64,000 nt of DNA from Pseudoduganella sp. (GCA_039593775.1 JBCNOP010000003.1:19521-83520); one strand, 5' to 3'; positions 10,055-20,050 are shown, counted from the stretch's first letter. Made by a program: numbers and translations. Notes: a model not told the origin generated them from the sequence alone.

Positions 10055-10153
10055 TAGATCGTATTTACAAATGACCGCTCAGCGAAAGTCGCGATAGCGC
10101 AGCACCTGGCTGCGCGTCATGAGCGGATGGGTTGGAATGAACTACCGCACTGG

Positions 10154-12310
10154 CTAACAAGATGGAACACGGGGCGGCCAAGCGTAGGAAAAATCTTCTC
10201 CGTCAAGCGTCAGGTTCGGGCTGTACGTTGGATCGTTCAATAAACCGTCGCCCCAGCGTGCTTTCATGTAATCGATCTCCCGCTTGAAACGGGCAATCTT
10301 TTCCGGCGAATCCTCTTCGCCTCGCGATGCTGATTCGTGATGGTTCATTTCCGCATATGGAGTCCAGACGTTGCGATAACCCGCGGCCTGCACCCGCAAA
10401 CAGAAGTCGACGTCGTTGAATGCCACTACGAGCTTTTCGTCGAGACCACCCATCTGTTCGAAGATCGAACGCCGCACCAGCAAGCAGGCTGCGGTCACGG
10501 CGCTGAACGACTGGTGCAACACCGCGCGCGCGAAATAGCCCGCCTGCCCTTTCGGCAGGTATTTATGGGAATGGCCGGCAATGCCGCCCACGCCGACGAC
10601 GCAACCGCCATGCTGCAGGCGGCCATCCGGATACCACAGGCGCGCGCCGACGCAGCCGACATCCTCACGCAACGCGAACGAGACCATCTCCTCCAGCCAG
10701 TCCGGCGTGAGGATCTCGATATCGTTATTCATAAGGCACAACAACTCGCCACGCGCCAGGCGGGCGGCATTATTGTTAAGCGCCGAATAGTTGAAGGGCC
10801 GGTCGTCCCGCACCACTTTGAAGCGCGGCGCCTGCAGCCGGTCGAACAAGGCCTGCGTGGCGGGTTCAACGCTGCCGTTGTCGACGATGATGACTTCATA
10901 ATTGGCATAGCTGGTCTTGGCCTCCAGGGAATTGAGGCACATTTCCAGCAGGTCCGCCCGGTCCTTGGTCGGGATAATGATGCTTACCAAGGGCTGCGGG
11001 GCCGGGCACGCAAAGCGCACGCGATTCAGCGCCGGCGCTTCCGGTGCCGGGCCTACTTGCGCGGCCAGCCCTTTTCTTGCCAGGTGTTCGGCCACGGCGC
11101 GACGCCCGGCGTCGGCCGCATAATTCTTTTCGCCAGCCGCAAGCGCGGTACTGCCCGCGATGGCGCGCCAGTGGTACAGCACCTGCGGCACATGGACCAC
11201 CTGCGTAGGCTCAAGCTGCTCAATGACGCGCAGCGCCAGGTCGTAATCCTGTGCACCCTCAAAGCCAGTGCGGAAGCCGCCCAGGCTGCGCAACAGGCTG
11301 GTGCGGTAAACGCCCAGGTGGCAAATCATGTTCTGCGCCAGCAGCAGTTCGTAATTCAGCTCGGACTTGAAATACGGGTCATAGCGGCGGTTGGTGGCGT
11401 CGACCTTGTCCTCGTCCGAGTAGATCAGGCCTGCCTGGGGATTGCGGTTGATGGCCTCCACGATCCAGTACAAGGCATGCTCAGTCAGCAAATCGTCGTG
11501 GTCAAACAACGCGACGAACTCGCCCTGCGCCAGCGCGAGGGCGGAATTGCTCGCCTGCGAAATGTGGCCGTTGGTTGCCCTAAAGTCGATTTTGATCCGG
11601 CTATCCTGGGCGGCAGCCGCCTCCAGCAGTGCACGCACTTGCGGGTTAGTTGAAGCGTCGTCCGCAATGCAAAGCTCCCAGTTGGGATATAACTGGCCGC
11701 GCACCGACTCGATCGCTTGCGACAGGAACTCCACTGGCGCGTTATACACTGGCATGAGTACCGAAATCAGCGGCTGCAATGCAAACCCAGCCATCTTGTT
11801 GCGCATTGCCGCATGCGACTCGTCGGTGGTAGTCGCATAGCGTTGCACCCAAGCCTGGTAATCGTTGCGGTCAAAGCTTGCGGAGCGCGTCTTGACGACC
11901 ATCATGCCGCGGCGGATACCAGCCAGGCCCTCGCGCCGGTATAAACCATATGCGATACTTGCAGTCCGGCCCCAACCGCCATAGCGCCGGCTGGCGCTCG
12001 ATGCAAACTGCCAGGCGCGGCGGAACTTCAGCACCAAGCCGCCAACGGCACGCCACGGCCGGGTCAGCCGCCAGCTTGTCGAGCTTCGCATGGCTTCGAC
12101 AGCCTGATTCAAGCCGGCGATCTGACGCTCGCGCTCGAGCAGGACGCCCAGCAAGTGATCGACGCCCCCTGGATAGTCGGTCGGGCGGCCCTCGGAGCGC
12201 CCTATCTTCACATAGTGCGCGTAGCCAGATGCAAACTCCTGTTTGCGCACCGCTTCAGCGACGTCAGGATTCACCTTCAAATAGACTGCTTCGTTAAATT
12301 CCGAATTCAT
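10154..12310 (-). CDS. Two-domain GT2 glycosyltransferase (O-antigen polymerising, probably a rhamnosyltransferase)
   Basis: Two GT-A domains ('ISVLMPVYN..DDAS..DHDD..QDYD'; 'VSIIIPTKD..DNGS..MNND..NDVD'). N-terminal 'SSTSWRLTRPWR' amphipathic motif. Start 12310 or 12319. Confidence 0.9.
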   Translation of the reverse strand: MNSEFNEAVYLKVNPDVAEAVRKQEFASGYAHYVKIGRSEGRPTDYPGGVDHLLGVLLERERQIAGLNQAVEAMRSSTSWRLTRPWRAVGGLVLKFRRAWQFASSASRRYGGWGRTASIAYGLYRREGLAGIRRGMMVVKTRSASFDRNDYQAWVQRYATTTDESHAAMRNKMAGFALQPLISVLMPVYNAPVEFLSQAIESVRGQLYPNWELCIADDASTNPQVRALLEAAAAQDSRIKIDFRATNGHISQASNSALALAQGEFVALFDHDDLLTEHALYWIVEAINRNPQAGLIYSDEDKVDATNRRYDPYFKSELNYELLLAQNMICHLGVYRTSLLRSLGGFRTGFEGAQDYDLALRVIEQLEPTQVVHVPQVLYHWRAIAGSTALAAGEKNYAADAGRRAVAEHLARKGLAAQVGPAPEAPALNRVRFACPAPQPLVSIIIPTKDRADLLEMCLNSLEAKTSYANYEVIIVDNGSVEPATQALFDRLQAPRFKVVRDDRPFNYSALNNNAARLARGELLCLMNNDIEILTPDWLEEMVSFALREDVGCVGARLWYPDGRLQHGGCVVGVGGIAGHSHKYLPKGQAGYFARAVLHQSFSAVTAACLLVRRSIFEQMGGLDEKLVVAFNDVDFCLRVQAAGYRNVWTPYAEMNHHESASRGEEDSPEKIARFKREIDYMKARWGDGLLNDPTYSPNLTLDGEDFSYAWPPRVPSC

Positions 12311-12566
12311 GAAAACCACTTAACCATCAACGATAACGGGGCTAAAGAGCTCATCCGCTCCAAGAGAGGTGAAAACAACACCATTGCATTCGCAATGCAC
12401 CAGACGCGGGCAGTTGCGAAGACGCAATCTAGTATTTTAACATCCAGCACGACTCGACCTCTACCCAGCCCGGCTAGCACCTAAGCGCCACCCTCTCCCA
12501 AATCTGCACGGCCGTGCTGACGTACTGGTAGTTTACGCTCAGGAATTTTTTGAACCGGACTCCTGA

Positions 12567-12728
12567 ATGCCTCCATCCGCCTCCACGGCTTCGGCACGGC
12601 CAATCTACCGGATTATAGTTTTCGGGTTTCTGGTCAGCACCTGGACATTTTTTCCCGGCTGGATGAGTAACGACTCCTTGGTCCAGTACAGAGAGGGGCG
12701 CGCCGGTATATTTAACAGCTGGCACCCA
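12567..12728 (+). pseudogene. Truncated 5' remnant of a GT-C-like membrane protein, paralogous to the C-terminal half of 16954..19152
   Basis: FFPGWMSNDSLVQYREGRAGIFNSWHP aligns without gaps to [27 protein letters not shown] (15/27 identical). Similarity stops after WHP; the ORF ends at 12782. Confidence 0.8.
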
Positions 12729-12734
12729 AAAAGG

Positions 12735-12763
12735 GTGACGCCCAGGCGCCCGCAGCTTATAAT
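12735..12763 (+). promoter_or_regulatory. Putative sigma70 promoter of the 12.8-20 kb operon
   Basis: GTGACG (12735-40), 17 bp spacer, TATAAT (12758-63). Confidence 0.65.
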
Positions 12764-12823
12764 CAGGGGTTTATCAAATTAATATCTGGCGTGAGCGATG
12801 CTTACGCCCGGGGAATCACGAGC

Positions 12824-13849
12824 ATGGCTTTCTATCCTGTCTTTCTATCGGTTGTATTTGTGGTCCGCAACCAGGGCGCGCAATTGGAGGGCGTTCTCAG
12901 GGCAGCCAGCCAGCAAGTGGCTTCGTATGCCAGCGACTATGAGCTGATCATCGTCGACAATGCCTCCGATGACGAGAGCGTGAGCCTACTCAAGACACTC
13001 ACCGCCCAGCAGGGCTTGCCAAACCTGCAAGTTTATGCTTTGACCAAGGAAGTGAACAGCGATACGGCGGCATGGGTTGGCCTGGAGAATGCGTTGGGAG
13101 ATTTTGTCGCAGTGATTGATCTTTTGATCGATGACATCGCATTCCTGCCCCAAATGCTTGAGAAAGCCGTCAGTGGTGCCGACGTGGTATTCGCCAACAA
13201 TACCCAAAAGCCACGCCAAAGCTTGCCATATCGTCTGGCCAATAGTGCATTCCACTCGCTGTACAAGAGCTTCAATGGCATCCACCTGGCAAAGGAAGCG
13301 CCGAGTTACAGGCTGCTCAGCAAGCGGGTCATCAATTTCATCCTGCAGCATCCGCAGCCTTCCGTCACCTACCGACACCTGCCTGCGACCGGCGGTTTTG
13401 CTCGTGTCAATATGGAGTACAGCGCGACGCCCATCGCGGGCGGCATGAAAAAGCTCGGCGAATCGATCGATCGCGGCATGCGCCTACTGGTTTCAACAAC
13501 CCAGGCGCCAATGCGCCTTGTGACGAGCCTGTCCCTGTTCGGCGCGGTTGCCAACCTGGTGTATTCGATCTATGTCGTTGCAATCGGCATCTTCAAATCC
13601 GACGTTGCGCCAGGCTGGATCAGCCTGTCGCTTCAACAGTCCGGTATGTTCTTCCTGATTTCGCTCGTACTGCTGGTGCTGGGTGAGTACATCCTGCACA
13701 TGGCAACCTTGTCGAATGAAGGCCCGCTCTACCATGTGGGACAGGAATTCACGAGCGCCCGCATGACCCGCAAGGAAAAACTGAACATTGAAACAGTGAA
13801 TGCCCAGCCTGTGAGCGTCGAGCATCAAGCTGCACGGGTGGGTACCTGA
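12824..13849 (+). CDS. GtrB/ArnC-like GT2 with two C-terminal TM helices and degenerate catalytic motifs
   Basis: 'LIIVDNASDD', 'GDFVAVIDLLIDD' in place of the usual DADLQD, C-terminal TMs 'APGWISL...LGEYI'. Alternative GTG start at 12791. Confidence 0.8.
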   Translation: MAFYPVFLSVVFVVRNQGAQLEGVLRAASQQVASYASDYELIIVDNASDDESVSLLKTLTAQQGLPNLQVYALTKEVNSDTAAWVGLENALGDFVAVIDLLIDDIAFLPQMLEKAVSGADVVFANNTQKPRQSLPYRLANSAFHSLYKSFNGIHLAKEAPSYRLLSKRVINFILQHPQPSVTYRHLPATGGFARVNMEYSATPIAGGMKKLGESIDRGMRLLVSTTQAPMRLVTSLSLFGAVANLVYSIYVVAIGIFKSDVAPGWISLSLQQSGMFFLISLVLLVLGEYILHMATLSNEGPLYHVGQEFTSARMTRKEKLNIETVNAQPVSVEHQAARVGT

Positions 13850-13857
13850 CTGTGAGC

Positions 13858-14988
13858 ATGACGGACGTAGATGCGGTCATCATTGGCGGCGGGTTTTATG
13901 GCGCAGCCATCGCCATCTACCTGGCCAAGGAGCGCGGCCTCAAGCGTGTGATCCTGCTCGAGCGGGAAGCGCGACTGCTGTGCCGGGCTTCGTATCACAA
14001 TCAGGCCCGTGTCCATAATGGATACCACTACCCGCGCAGCTTCACCACGGCTTTCCGCAGCCGCGTCAACCTGCCCCGTTTCGTTCGCGACTGGCCCGAG
14101 GCCGTCAAGCAGGATTTCACCAAGCTCTACGCCACTGCGCGGCGCAATTCAAAAGTGACAGCCAAGCAGTTCGAGCGCTTTTGCCACGAGATTGGCGCCA
14201 GGATCGAGCCGGCCGAAGCTGGCCTGCAAAAGTTGTTCGAACCGCGTTTGATCGAAGCGGTGTTCCTGGTGGAAGAATATGCGTTTGACTCCACTCGCCT
14301 TGCCGCCTGGGCACAAAAAGAGCTTCAGGAATCCGGCGTCGAAGTGCGCCTGTCGACCAGGGCAATGTCCGTCGCGCGCGCTGCGCAAGCGGGACTGCAG
14401 GTAACCACCTTGAATGAGAGCGGCGACTCGGATTCCTTGCGTTGCCGTTATCTGTTTAACTGCACCTATAGCGGGCTGAACCAACTGTCCGGCGAATTCC
14501 CTGGAACCCGGACCCGCTTGAAACACGAAATCACGGAGATGGCCCTGGTCAAGGCCCCGCCGGCATTGGAAGGACTTGGCGTGACCGTGATGGACGGCCC
14601 GTTCTTTTCCATGATGCCCTTCCCTGCCCGCGGCCTGCACACGCTTTCCCATGTGCGCTACACGCCTCATTTCAGCTGGCAGGACGAAGGCGGGGATGAC
14701 CCGTACAGGAAACTGCAGGAATATGCCCGCGACTCGCGCGTCGACCGCATGCTGCGCGATGTGGGCCGGTATATGCCATCGGTGCTCGACGCCAAATACG
14801 CCGACTCGCTGTTTGAGGTCAAAACGATTTTGCAAAAGAATGAGGGCGACGATGGCCGTCCAATCCTTTTCGAACAACACGCTGAACTGCCTGGCTGCTA
14901 TTCGGTGCTGGGCGGAAAGATCGACAATATTTACGACGTGCTTGAAAAACTCGAAACTGAAAAATTTGAGAACGTTGCGGAGCGATAA
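13858..14988 (+). CDS. FAD-dependent oxidoreductase (DAO/LhgO-like fold)
   Basis: GGGFYG, 'ASYHNQARVHNGYHYPRS', C-terminal 'GGKID'. Alternative GTG start at 13852. Confidence 0.8.
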   Translation: MTDVDAVIIGGGFYGAAIAIYLAKERGLKRVILLEREARLLCRASYHNQARVHNGYHYPRSFTTAFRSRVNLPRFVRDWPEAVKQDFTKLYATARRNSKVTAKQFERFCHEIGARIEPAEAGLQKLFEPRLIEAVFLVEEYAFDSTRLAAWAQKELQESGVEVRLSTRAMSVARAAQAGLQVTTLNESGDSDSLRCRYLFNCTYSGLNQLSGEFPGTRTRLKHEITEMALVKAPPALEGLGVTVMDGPFFSMMPFPARGLHTLSHVRYTPHFSWQDEGGDDPYRKLQEYARDSRVDRMLRDVGRYMPSVLDAKYADSLFEVKTILQKNEGDDGRPILFEQHAELPGCYSVLGGKIDNIYDVLEKLETEKFENVAER

Positions 14989-15774
14989 ATGAAAAAGAAC
15001 GCATTGATTGGCTATTCCGGTTTCGTCGGAACTACGCTGCTGAAGCAAGCATCCTTCGAGGCTTTGTACCGTTCGACCAATATCCAGGAAATCGACAACC
15101 AGCAATTCGATGTCGTCGTCTGTGCCGGCGCCCCTGCACAGAAATGGATCGCGAACGGCAATCCGGCAGAAGACAAAGCCAAGATCGAAGGGCTGATCAA
15201 GCACCTGAAGACCATTACCTGCGATACGTTTGTGCTGATCAGCACCGTTGACGTGTTCAAGAATCCGCAAGGGGTGGATGAAGATACTGCTGTTGACGAA
15301 GACGGGCTGCACGCCTATGGATTGCACCGCCGCCTGCTGGAGAAGTTTGTTGAGGAACACTTCCCCAAGCATTTGATCGTCCGCCTGCCTGGCCTGGTCG
15401 GCCCAGGCTTGAGAAAGAACGTTATTTTTGACTTCCTGAACAACAATAACCTGCACGCGATCGAGAGCCGTGGCGTGTTCCAGTTCTACCCGATGGTGAA
15501 CCTGTGGTTCGATATCCAGACCGCGCTGGAAAAAGGACTGAAGCTGGTACACCTGACCGCCGAGCCGGTCAGCGTGGCAGACGTTTCGCTGCAGGGCTTC
15601 GGGCGTTCCTTCACCCAGGAGCTGGCCAACGCGCCGGCCCGCTATGACATGCAGACACGTTATGCCGGTCAGTTCGGCACAGGCGGGCGCCATCAATACA
15701 GTGCGCGCGAAACGATTCTGGCCATCCGGGCTTATGCACAGTCCGAGCCGCGCAAGGCGGGGGATGCTGCATGA
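14989..15774 (+). CDS. Atypical NAD(P)-dependent SDR / sugar epimerase-reductase
   Basis: GYSGFVG, 'ISTVDV', YGLHR in place of YxxxK, 'VRLPGLVG'. Confidence 0.75.
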   Translation: MKKNALIGYSGFVGTTLLKQASFEALYRSTNIQEIDNQQFDVVVCAGAPAQKWIANGNPAEDKAKIEGLIKHLKTITCDTFVLISTVDVFKNPQGVDEDTAVDEDGLHAYGLHRRLLEKFVEEHFPKHLIVRLPGLVGPGLRKNVIFDFLNNNNLHAIESRGVFQFYPMVNLWFDIQTALEKGLKLVHLTAEPVSVADVSLQGFGRSFTQELANAPARYDMQTRYAGQFGTGGRHQYSARETILAIRAYAQSEPRKAGDAA

Positions 15775-16604
15775 GGCTCGCCATTTCCAATATTGCATGG
15801 GACGTCGTGGAAGACGAAGCCCTGGCATCGCTGCTGAAGAAATTCAGCATCGATGCCATTGATATCGCGCCCGGAAAGTATTTCCCGGAACCGGCCAAGG
15901 CAAGCGACGCCGATATCCACGCCGTCAAACAATGGTGGGCCGAGCGCGGCATCGAGATTACAGGAATGCAGGCGCTCCTGTTTGGCACCGTCGGCCTGAA
16001 TGTGTTCGGGCCGGCGGAAGTCCAGGATGCCCTGTTGGCGCACCTGGCCGCGGTTTGCCGCATCGCTTGCGGGCTGGGTGCTACGCGCCTGGTGTTCGGT
16101 TCGCCGAAAAATCGCGATCGCACCGGCTTGAGCGATGAACAGGCCTTGGCGGACGCGGTGGCATTCTTCCGGCGGCTCGGCGATATTGCCCGCGAACAGG
16201 GCGTAATCATCTGCCTGGAGCCGAATCCACGCTGCTATGGCGCCAATTTCATGACCACCAGCGCGGAAACGGCGCAGGTGGTCAGGAGCGTCGCCCATCC
16301 GGCTATCCGGATGCAGCTCGATACCGGTGCGCTGACTATCAACGGCGAGTCGGCTGCGACGGTGCTTGAAGACTGCGCGGAACTGATCGGCCATGTGCAC
16401 GTCAGCGAGCCGAACCTGGTCCCGATTGGCGACCTCGATACCGACCATGGCCGCCTGCACGAGGCGATGGCCAGGTTCATCCCCGCCCACGTCGCCTCGA
16501 TCGAAATGGTCGCCACCAAGGACGAGCCCCACCTTGCCGCCATCGAGCGCGCACTCACCCACGCTAACAATTTCTATCGACCCGTAGCAGGTACCTCAGC
16601 ATGA
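15771..16604 (+). CDS. Sugar phosphate isomerase/epimerase (xylose-isomerase-like TIM barrel)
   Basis: Metal-ligand pattern 'LEPN', 'LDTG', 'HVHVSE', 'SIEM'; 'VFGSPKNR'. Confidence 0.85.
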   Translation: MRLAISNIAWDVVEDEALASLLKKFSIDAIDIAPGKYFPEPAKASDADIHAVKQWWAERGIEITGMQALLFGTVGLNVFGPAEVQDALLAHLAAVCRIACGLGATRLVFGSPKNRDRTGLSDEQALADAVAFFRRLGDIAREQGVIICLEPNPRCYGANFMTTSAETAQVVRSVAHPAIRMQLDTGALTINGESAATVLEDCAELIGHVHVSEPNLVPIGDLDTDHGRLHEAMARFIPAHVASIEMVATKDEPHLAAIERALTHANNFYRPVAGTSA

Positions 16605-16957
16605 AGTGGATCATTCTGTTAACCGGCATTCTTGCGAATGCCTCCGCCAGCGTGCTGGTCAAAATTGCGATGATGCCACCTCGCAAATTTCCGTCGCCAG
16701 CCGATCCGATGGCTGCGCTCAGCAACTGGCCGTTCTGGCTGGGCCTCGGACTGTATGGCGCAGCGTTCCTGCTTTATGCCGCAGCGCTGGCACGACTGCC
16801 CTTGAATGTGGCGCACCCGATCCTGACTTCGGGCGCCGTTGCTACGGTCGCACTGTTCTCCATTTTCCTGTTCCGTGAACCGTTCCACTGGACCACGGTC
16901 GCCGGCATCGTCCTGGTGATTTCAGGTGTAACACTGATTACGGCACGCGTCGCATGA
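16601..16957 (+). CDS. SMR/EamA-fold 4-TM protein, ArnE/ArnF-like flippase candidate
   Basis: 118 aa; 'LPLNVAHP', 'FREP', 'GIVLVISGV'. Asn at the EmrE Glu14 position (ILAN vs ILAE). Confidence 0.75.
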   Translation: MKWIILLTGILANASASVLVKIAMMPPRKFPSPADPMAALSNWPFWLGLGLYGAAFLLYAAALARLPLNVAHPILTSGAVATVALFSIFLFREPFHWTTVAGIVLVISGVTLITARVA

Positions 16958-19152
16958 ATCACATGAATAACTCAGAAAACATCAAACCGGCGGGCCGCGA
17001 TACCTGGGAAGTGCCTGCAATGGAAGTGCCGCTTTGGCAGGGCAAGAAACACGCTTACTGCGTGGTCATTCCAGTGATCAACGAAGGCGACCGCATCCGC
17101 AACCTGCTGAAGCGGATGCAGGCCTGCCAGATCTCGGCAATTGCCGACATCATCATTGTCGATGGCGGCAGCACAGACGGCTCGATGGAACTCGAAGCGC
17201 TCAAGCGCTTCGATGTGAACGGACTGGTCGTCAAGAAGGGTCCGGGCAAATTGAGCGCCCAACTGCGTTGCGCTTATGCGTTTGCGCTGGACCAGGGGTA
17301 TCAAGGCATTGTCACGATTGACGGCAATGACAAGGACGACCCTGATGCCATTCCCAAGTTCATTGAGGCACTGGAAGCAGGCGTCGACTTTGTGCAGGCC
17401 TCCCGCTTCATTTCCGGTGGTGTAGCCGAGAACACGCCAAAGTCGCGCGACTTTGCGATTCGCTTTATTCACGCACCGGCACTCTCGATGAGTTCTGGCT
17501 TCAAGTGGACGGATACCACTCAAGGCTTCCGTGCATACAGTCGCAAGATGCTGCTGGATCCGGCCATCGGCACATTCCGCGACATTTTTCGCGACTACGA
17601 ACTCCTCGCTTATCTTTCGCACCGAGTTCCACAATTGAACTATCGTTGCCTGGAAATCGCAACGGTCCGTCGCTATCCGAAGGGCGAGGTCCCAACCAAG
17701 ATTTCGGCATTTCGCGGAAATCTAAAAGTCCTGCGGACACTCGCTCACGCCTGCTTGGGGCATTACAACATCAAAAAAAAAAGCCTTAACGACGGATACC
17801 CCAGCCCAGCGCTAGCATATCTGCTCTGCGCATTGGGTTTCCTGTTCTCGGTGCTGGCCTTTTTCCCAGGTTGGATGAGCCCAGACTCTTTCAACCAATA
17901 TCATGACGCTAAGTTTGGTGAGTACAGCGACTGGCATCCGGTACTGATGGCATGGCTATGGAGTAAGTTCGACAGAGTCTATCCCGGGCCGGCGCCAATG
18001 CTGCTGCTGCACTTGGTGCTGTACTGGTCGTCCTGGCTGCTTATTTCGCTGGCTAGCAGACGCTGGCTGCGCTACAGTGCCTACCTTGTGCCACTACTCG
18101 GTTTCTGGCCCGGCCTCGCTTATCCCTTGGGGCAGATCTGGAAAGACATCGCATTTGCGACCACCGTCTTCTTTGCATGGGCATATCTTTTTTATGTTTA
18201 TGCCCTATCGAGAAAGCTTGGCTGGCGCGATCTTGGGTTGGTGCTTCTCCTCTCAGCCTATGCGGTCGGAGTCAAAACAAATGGACTGGTTGTCCTGCCA
18301 TTTCTGTTTGCTTTTGCAGCGTATCTGCATGCTGATCGTAACGTTCGCTGGAAACGGGTACTGGCGTTTTCGGTCGCAATGCCACTCCTGTCACTGACAC
18401 TGGTGAGCGGCATTGCATCACGTTTAAAGATCGTCAAGACTTCGCCATTCCAGTACACCCAGACCTACGACCTCTTGGCCATATCGGTCAAAACTGGCGA
18501 AGTATTGCTACCTGGGTACATTACAAAGAAAGTCGGTAACACTCCCGACAAGCTGCAACCACTGTACTGGGTGGGTGGTAATAACGTGCTCTTTTATGGT
18601 GCGGCAGGAACAATGACTACTCTGGATCCGGGCGAGTTAGCCGATCTGCGCCACCGCTGGCAAGCCGCATTACGAAATCACCCCGCCCAGTACTTGGAAC
18701 ATCGTTGGGCAAACTTTAAAGAGTTAATGCGCTGGCAAGCGGCCACCCCAGCCTATATCGCGAATCCACGCATCGATGAAAATCAATATGGATTCCTGTT
18801 CTCGAACAATTCGTTCAGTAACTGGCTTTCCAGCTCGCCGGAAAAGCATCCGAAGATGTTTTTCCCCTGGATCTATGTCGGCGGTCTGCTGTTTTCGTCA
18901 CTGGCGCTGTTTGCAGCGGCACGTAAGCATCGCTTCCTGATTGCCTGCGTCTGCGGGTCGGCAGTTGCCTTTATCGTGCCGCATATTTTCATTGCACCGG
19001 CATCTGATTATAGGTATTTATATTATGTCTATTTCTGCTCGGTAGCCGTTGTGTTCTTCTTGCTTGCCGCTACCGCCAATCGTTTAATATTGGGCAACAC
19101 GCATTTGCGCCGACCTGACCAAGATTCAACCTCCCCTTCAAATTCACTATGA
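16954..19152 (+). CDS. Fusion of a DPM1-like GT2 (polyprenyl-phosphate glycosyltransferase) and a polytopic GT-C-like domain
   Basis: About aa 30-272: 'VIPVINE', 'VDGGSTDG', 'IDGNDKDD', 'QASRF', '[10 protein letters not shown]'. After the KKKS linker: '[14 protein letters not shown]', 'IWKD', multiple TMs, 'DYRY'. Confidence 0.85.
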   Translation: MNHMNNSENIKPAGRDTWEVPAMEVPLWQGKKHAYCVVIPVINEGDRIRNLLKRMQACQISAIADIIIVDGGSTDGSMELEALKRFDVNGLVVKKGPGKLSAQLRCAYAFALDQGYQGIVTIDGNDKDDPDAIPKFIEALEAGVDFVQASRFISGGVAENTPKSRDFAIRFIHAPALSMSSGFKWTDTTQGFRAYSRKMLLDPAIGTFRDIFRDYELLAYLSHRVPQLNYRCLEIATVRRYPKGEVPTKISAFRGNLKVLRTLAHACLGHYNIKKKSLNDGYPSPALAYLLCALGFLFSVLAFFPGWMSPDSFNQYHDAKFGEYSDWHPVLMAWLWSKFDRVYPGPAPMLLLHLVLYWSSWLLISLASRRWLRYSAYLVPLLGFWPGLAYPLGQIWKDIAFATTVFFAWAYLFYVYALSRKLGWRDLGLVLLLSAYAVGVKTNGLVVLPFLFAFAAYLHADRNVRWKRVLAFSVAMPLLSLTLVSGIASRLKIVKTSPFQYTQTYDLLAISVKTGEVLLPGYITKKVGNTPDKLQPLYWVGGNNVLFYGAAGTMTTLDPGELADLRHRWQAALRNHPAQYLEHRWANFKELMRWQAATPAYIANPRIDENQYGFLFSNNSFSNWLSSSPEKHPKMFFPWIYVGGLLFSSLALFAAARKHRFLIACVCGSAVAFIVPHIFIAPASDYRYLYYVYFCSVAVVFFLLAATANRLILGNTHLRRPDQDSTSPSNSL
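17773..17782 (+). repeat. A10 homopolymer at the GT2/GT-C domain junction
   Basis: atc AAAAAAAAAA gcc ttaa; the longest A run I noticed inside a gene in this GC-rich window. Confidence 0.9.
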
Positions 19153-20033
19153 AACAAATTAAGAAAGCAGTTTTCCCGATTGCTGGCCTTGGAACCCGCT
19201 TCCTGCCGGCTACTAAAGCATCCGCAAAAGAAATGCTGCCGGTGGTTGACAAGCCGCTCATTCAATACGCTGTCGAAGAGGCCTACGCCGCCGGCATCCG
19301 CCACATGGTCTTCGTGACCGGCCGAACCAAACGCAGCGTGGAAGATCACTTCGACACGGCCTACGAACTGGAAAATGAGCTGGAGCTGGCCGGCAAGACC
19401 GCATTGCTGAACGTTGCTCGCAGTATCGCGCCGGACGATATGGTGTGCACGTACGTGCGACAGCCGCGCGCCTTGGGCCTCGGCCATGCCGTTTTGTGCG
19501 CGAAAGAACTGGTGGGTGCCGAGCCGTTCGCCGTGCTGCTGGCCGACGACCTGATGGTTGGCAAGCCAGGCATCATGGCACAGATGGTGGAACAGTTCGC
19601 AGAGTGGCAGACCAGCATCCTGTCGGTACAGGACGTACCCCGCGACCAAACAAACCGTTACGGCATCGTGAGCGGTACTTCGATTGCCGAGGATATCGTT
19701 GACGTGACCGGCATTGTCGAAAAACCGGCTCCGGAAGACGCGCCAACCACGCTTGCGGTAGCCGGCCGCTATATCCTGACACCGGGCATTTTCAAGGAAC
19801 TGGAAAACGTGCAGCGCGGCGTCGGCGGCGAAATCCAGCTCACCGATGGCATCGCGCAACTGCTGCGCCGTGAAAAAGTATTCGCTTACCGTTATAAAGG
19901 CATGCGTTATGACTGCGGCAGCAAATTGGGCTTCCTTCAGGCCACGGTGGACCTGGGAGAACACCATGATGAAGTCGGGGCAGAGTTCGCTGCATGGCTG
20001 GAGCAACGCTGCTCGTCTTCAATAACGAGCTAA
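19149..20033 (+). CDS. galU: UTP-glucose-1-phosphate uridylyltransferase
   Basis: '[31 protein letters not shown]', 'VEKP', 'GEIQLTD', 'YDCGSK'. Confidence 0.97.
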   Translation: MKQIKKAVFPIAGLGTRFLPATKASAKEMLPVVDKPLIQYAVEEAYAAGIRHMVFVTGRTKRSVEDHFDTAYELENELELAGKTALLNVARSIAPDDMVCTYVRQPRALGLGHAVLCAKELVGAEPFAVLLADDLMVGKPGIMAQMVEQFAEWQTSILSVQDVPRDQTNRYGIVSGTSIAEDIVDVTGIVEKPAPEDAPTTLAVAGRYILTPGIFKELENVQRGVGGEIQLTDGIAQLLRREKVFAYRYKGMRYDCGSKLGFLQATVDLGEHHDEVGAEFAAWLEQRCSSSITS

Positions 20034-20050
20034 GTTCAGGCTATTAAGTC

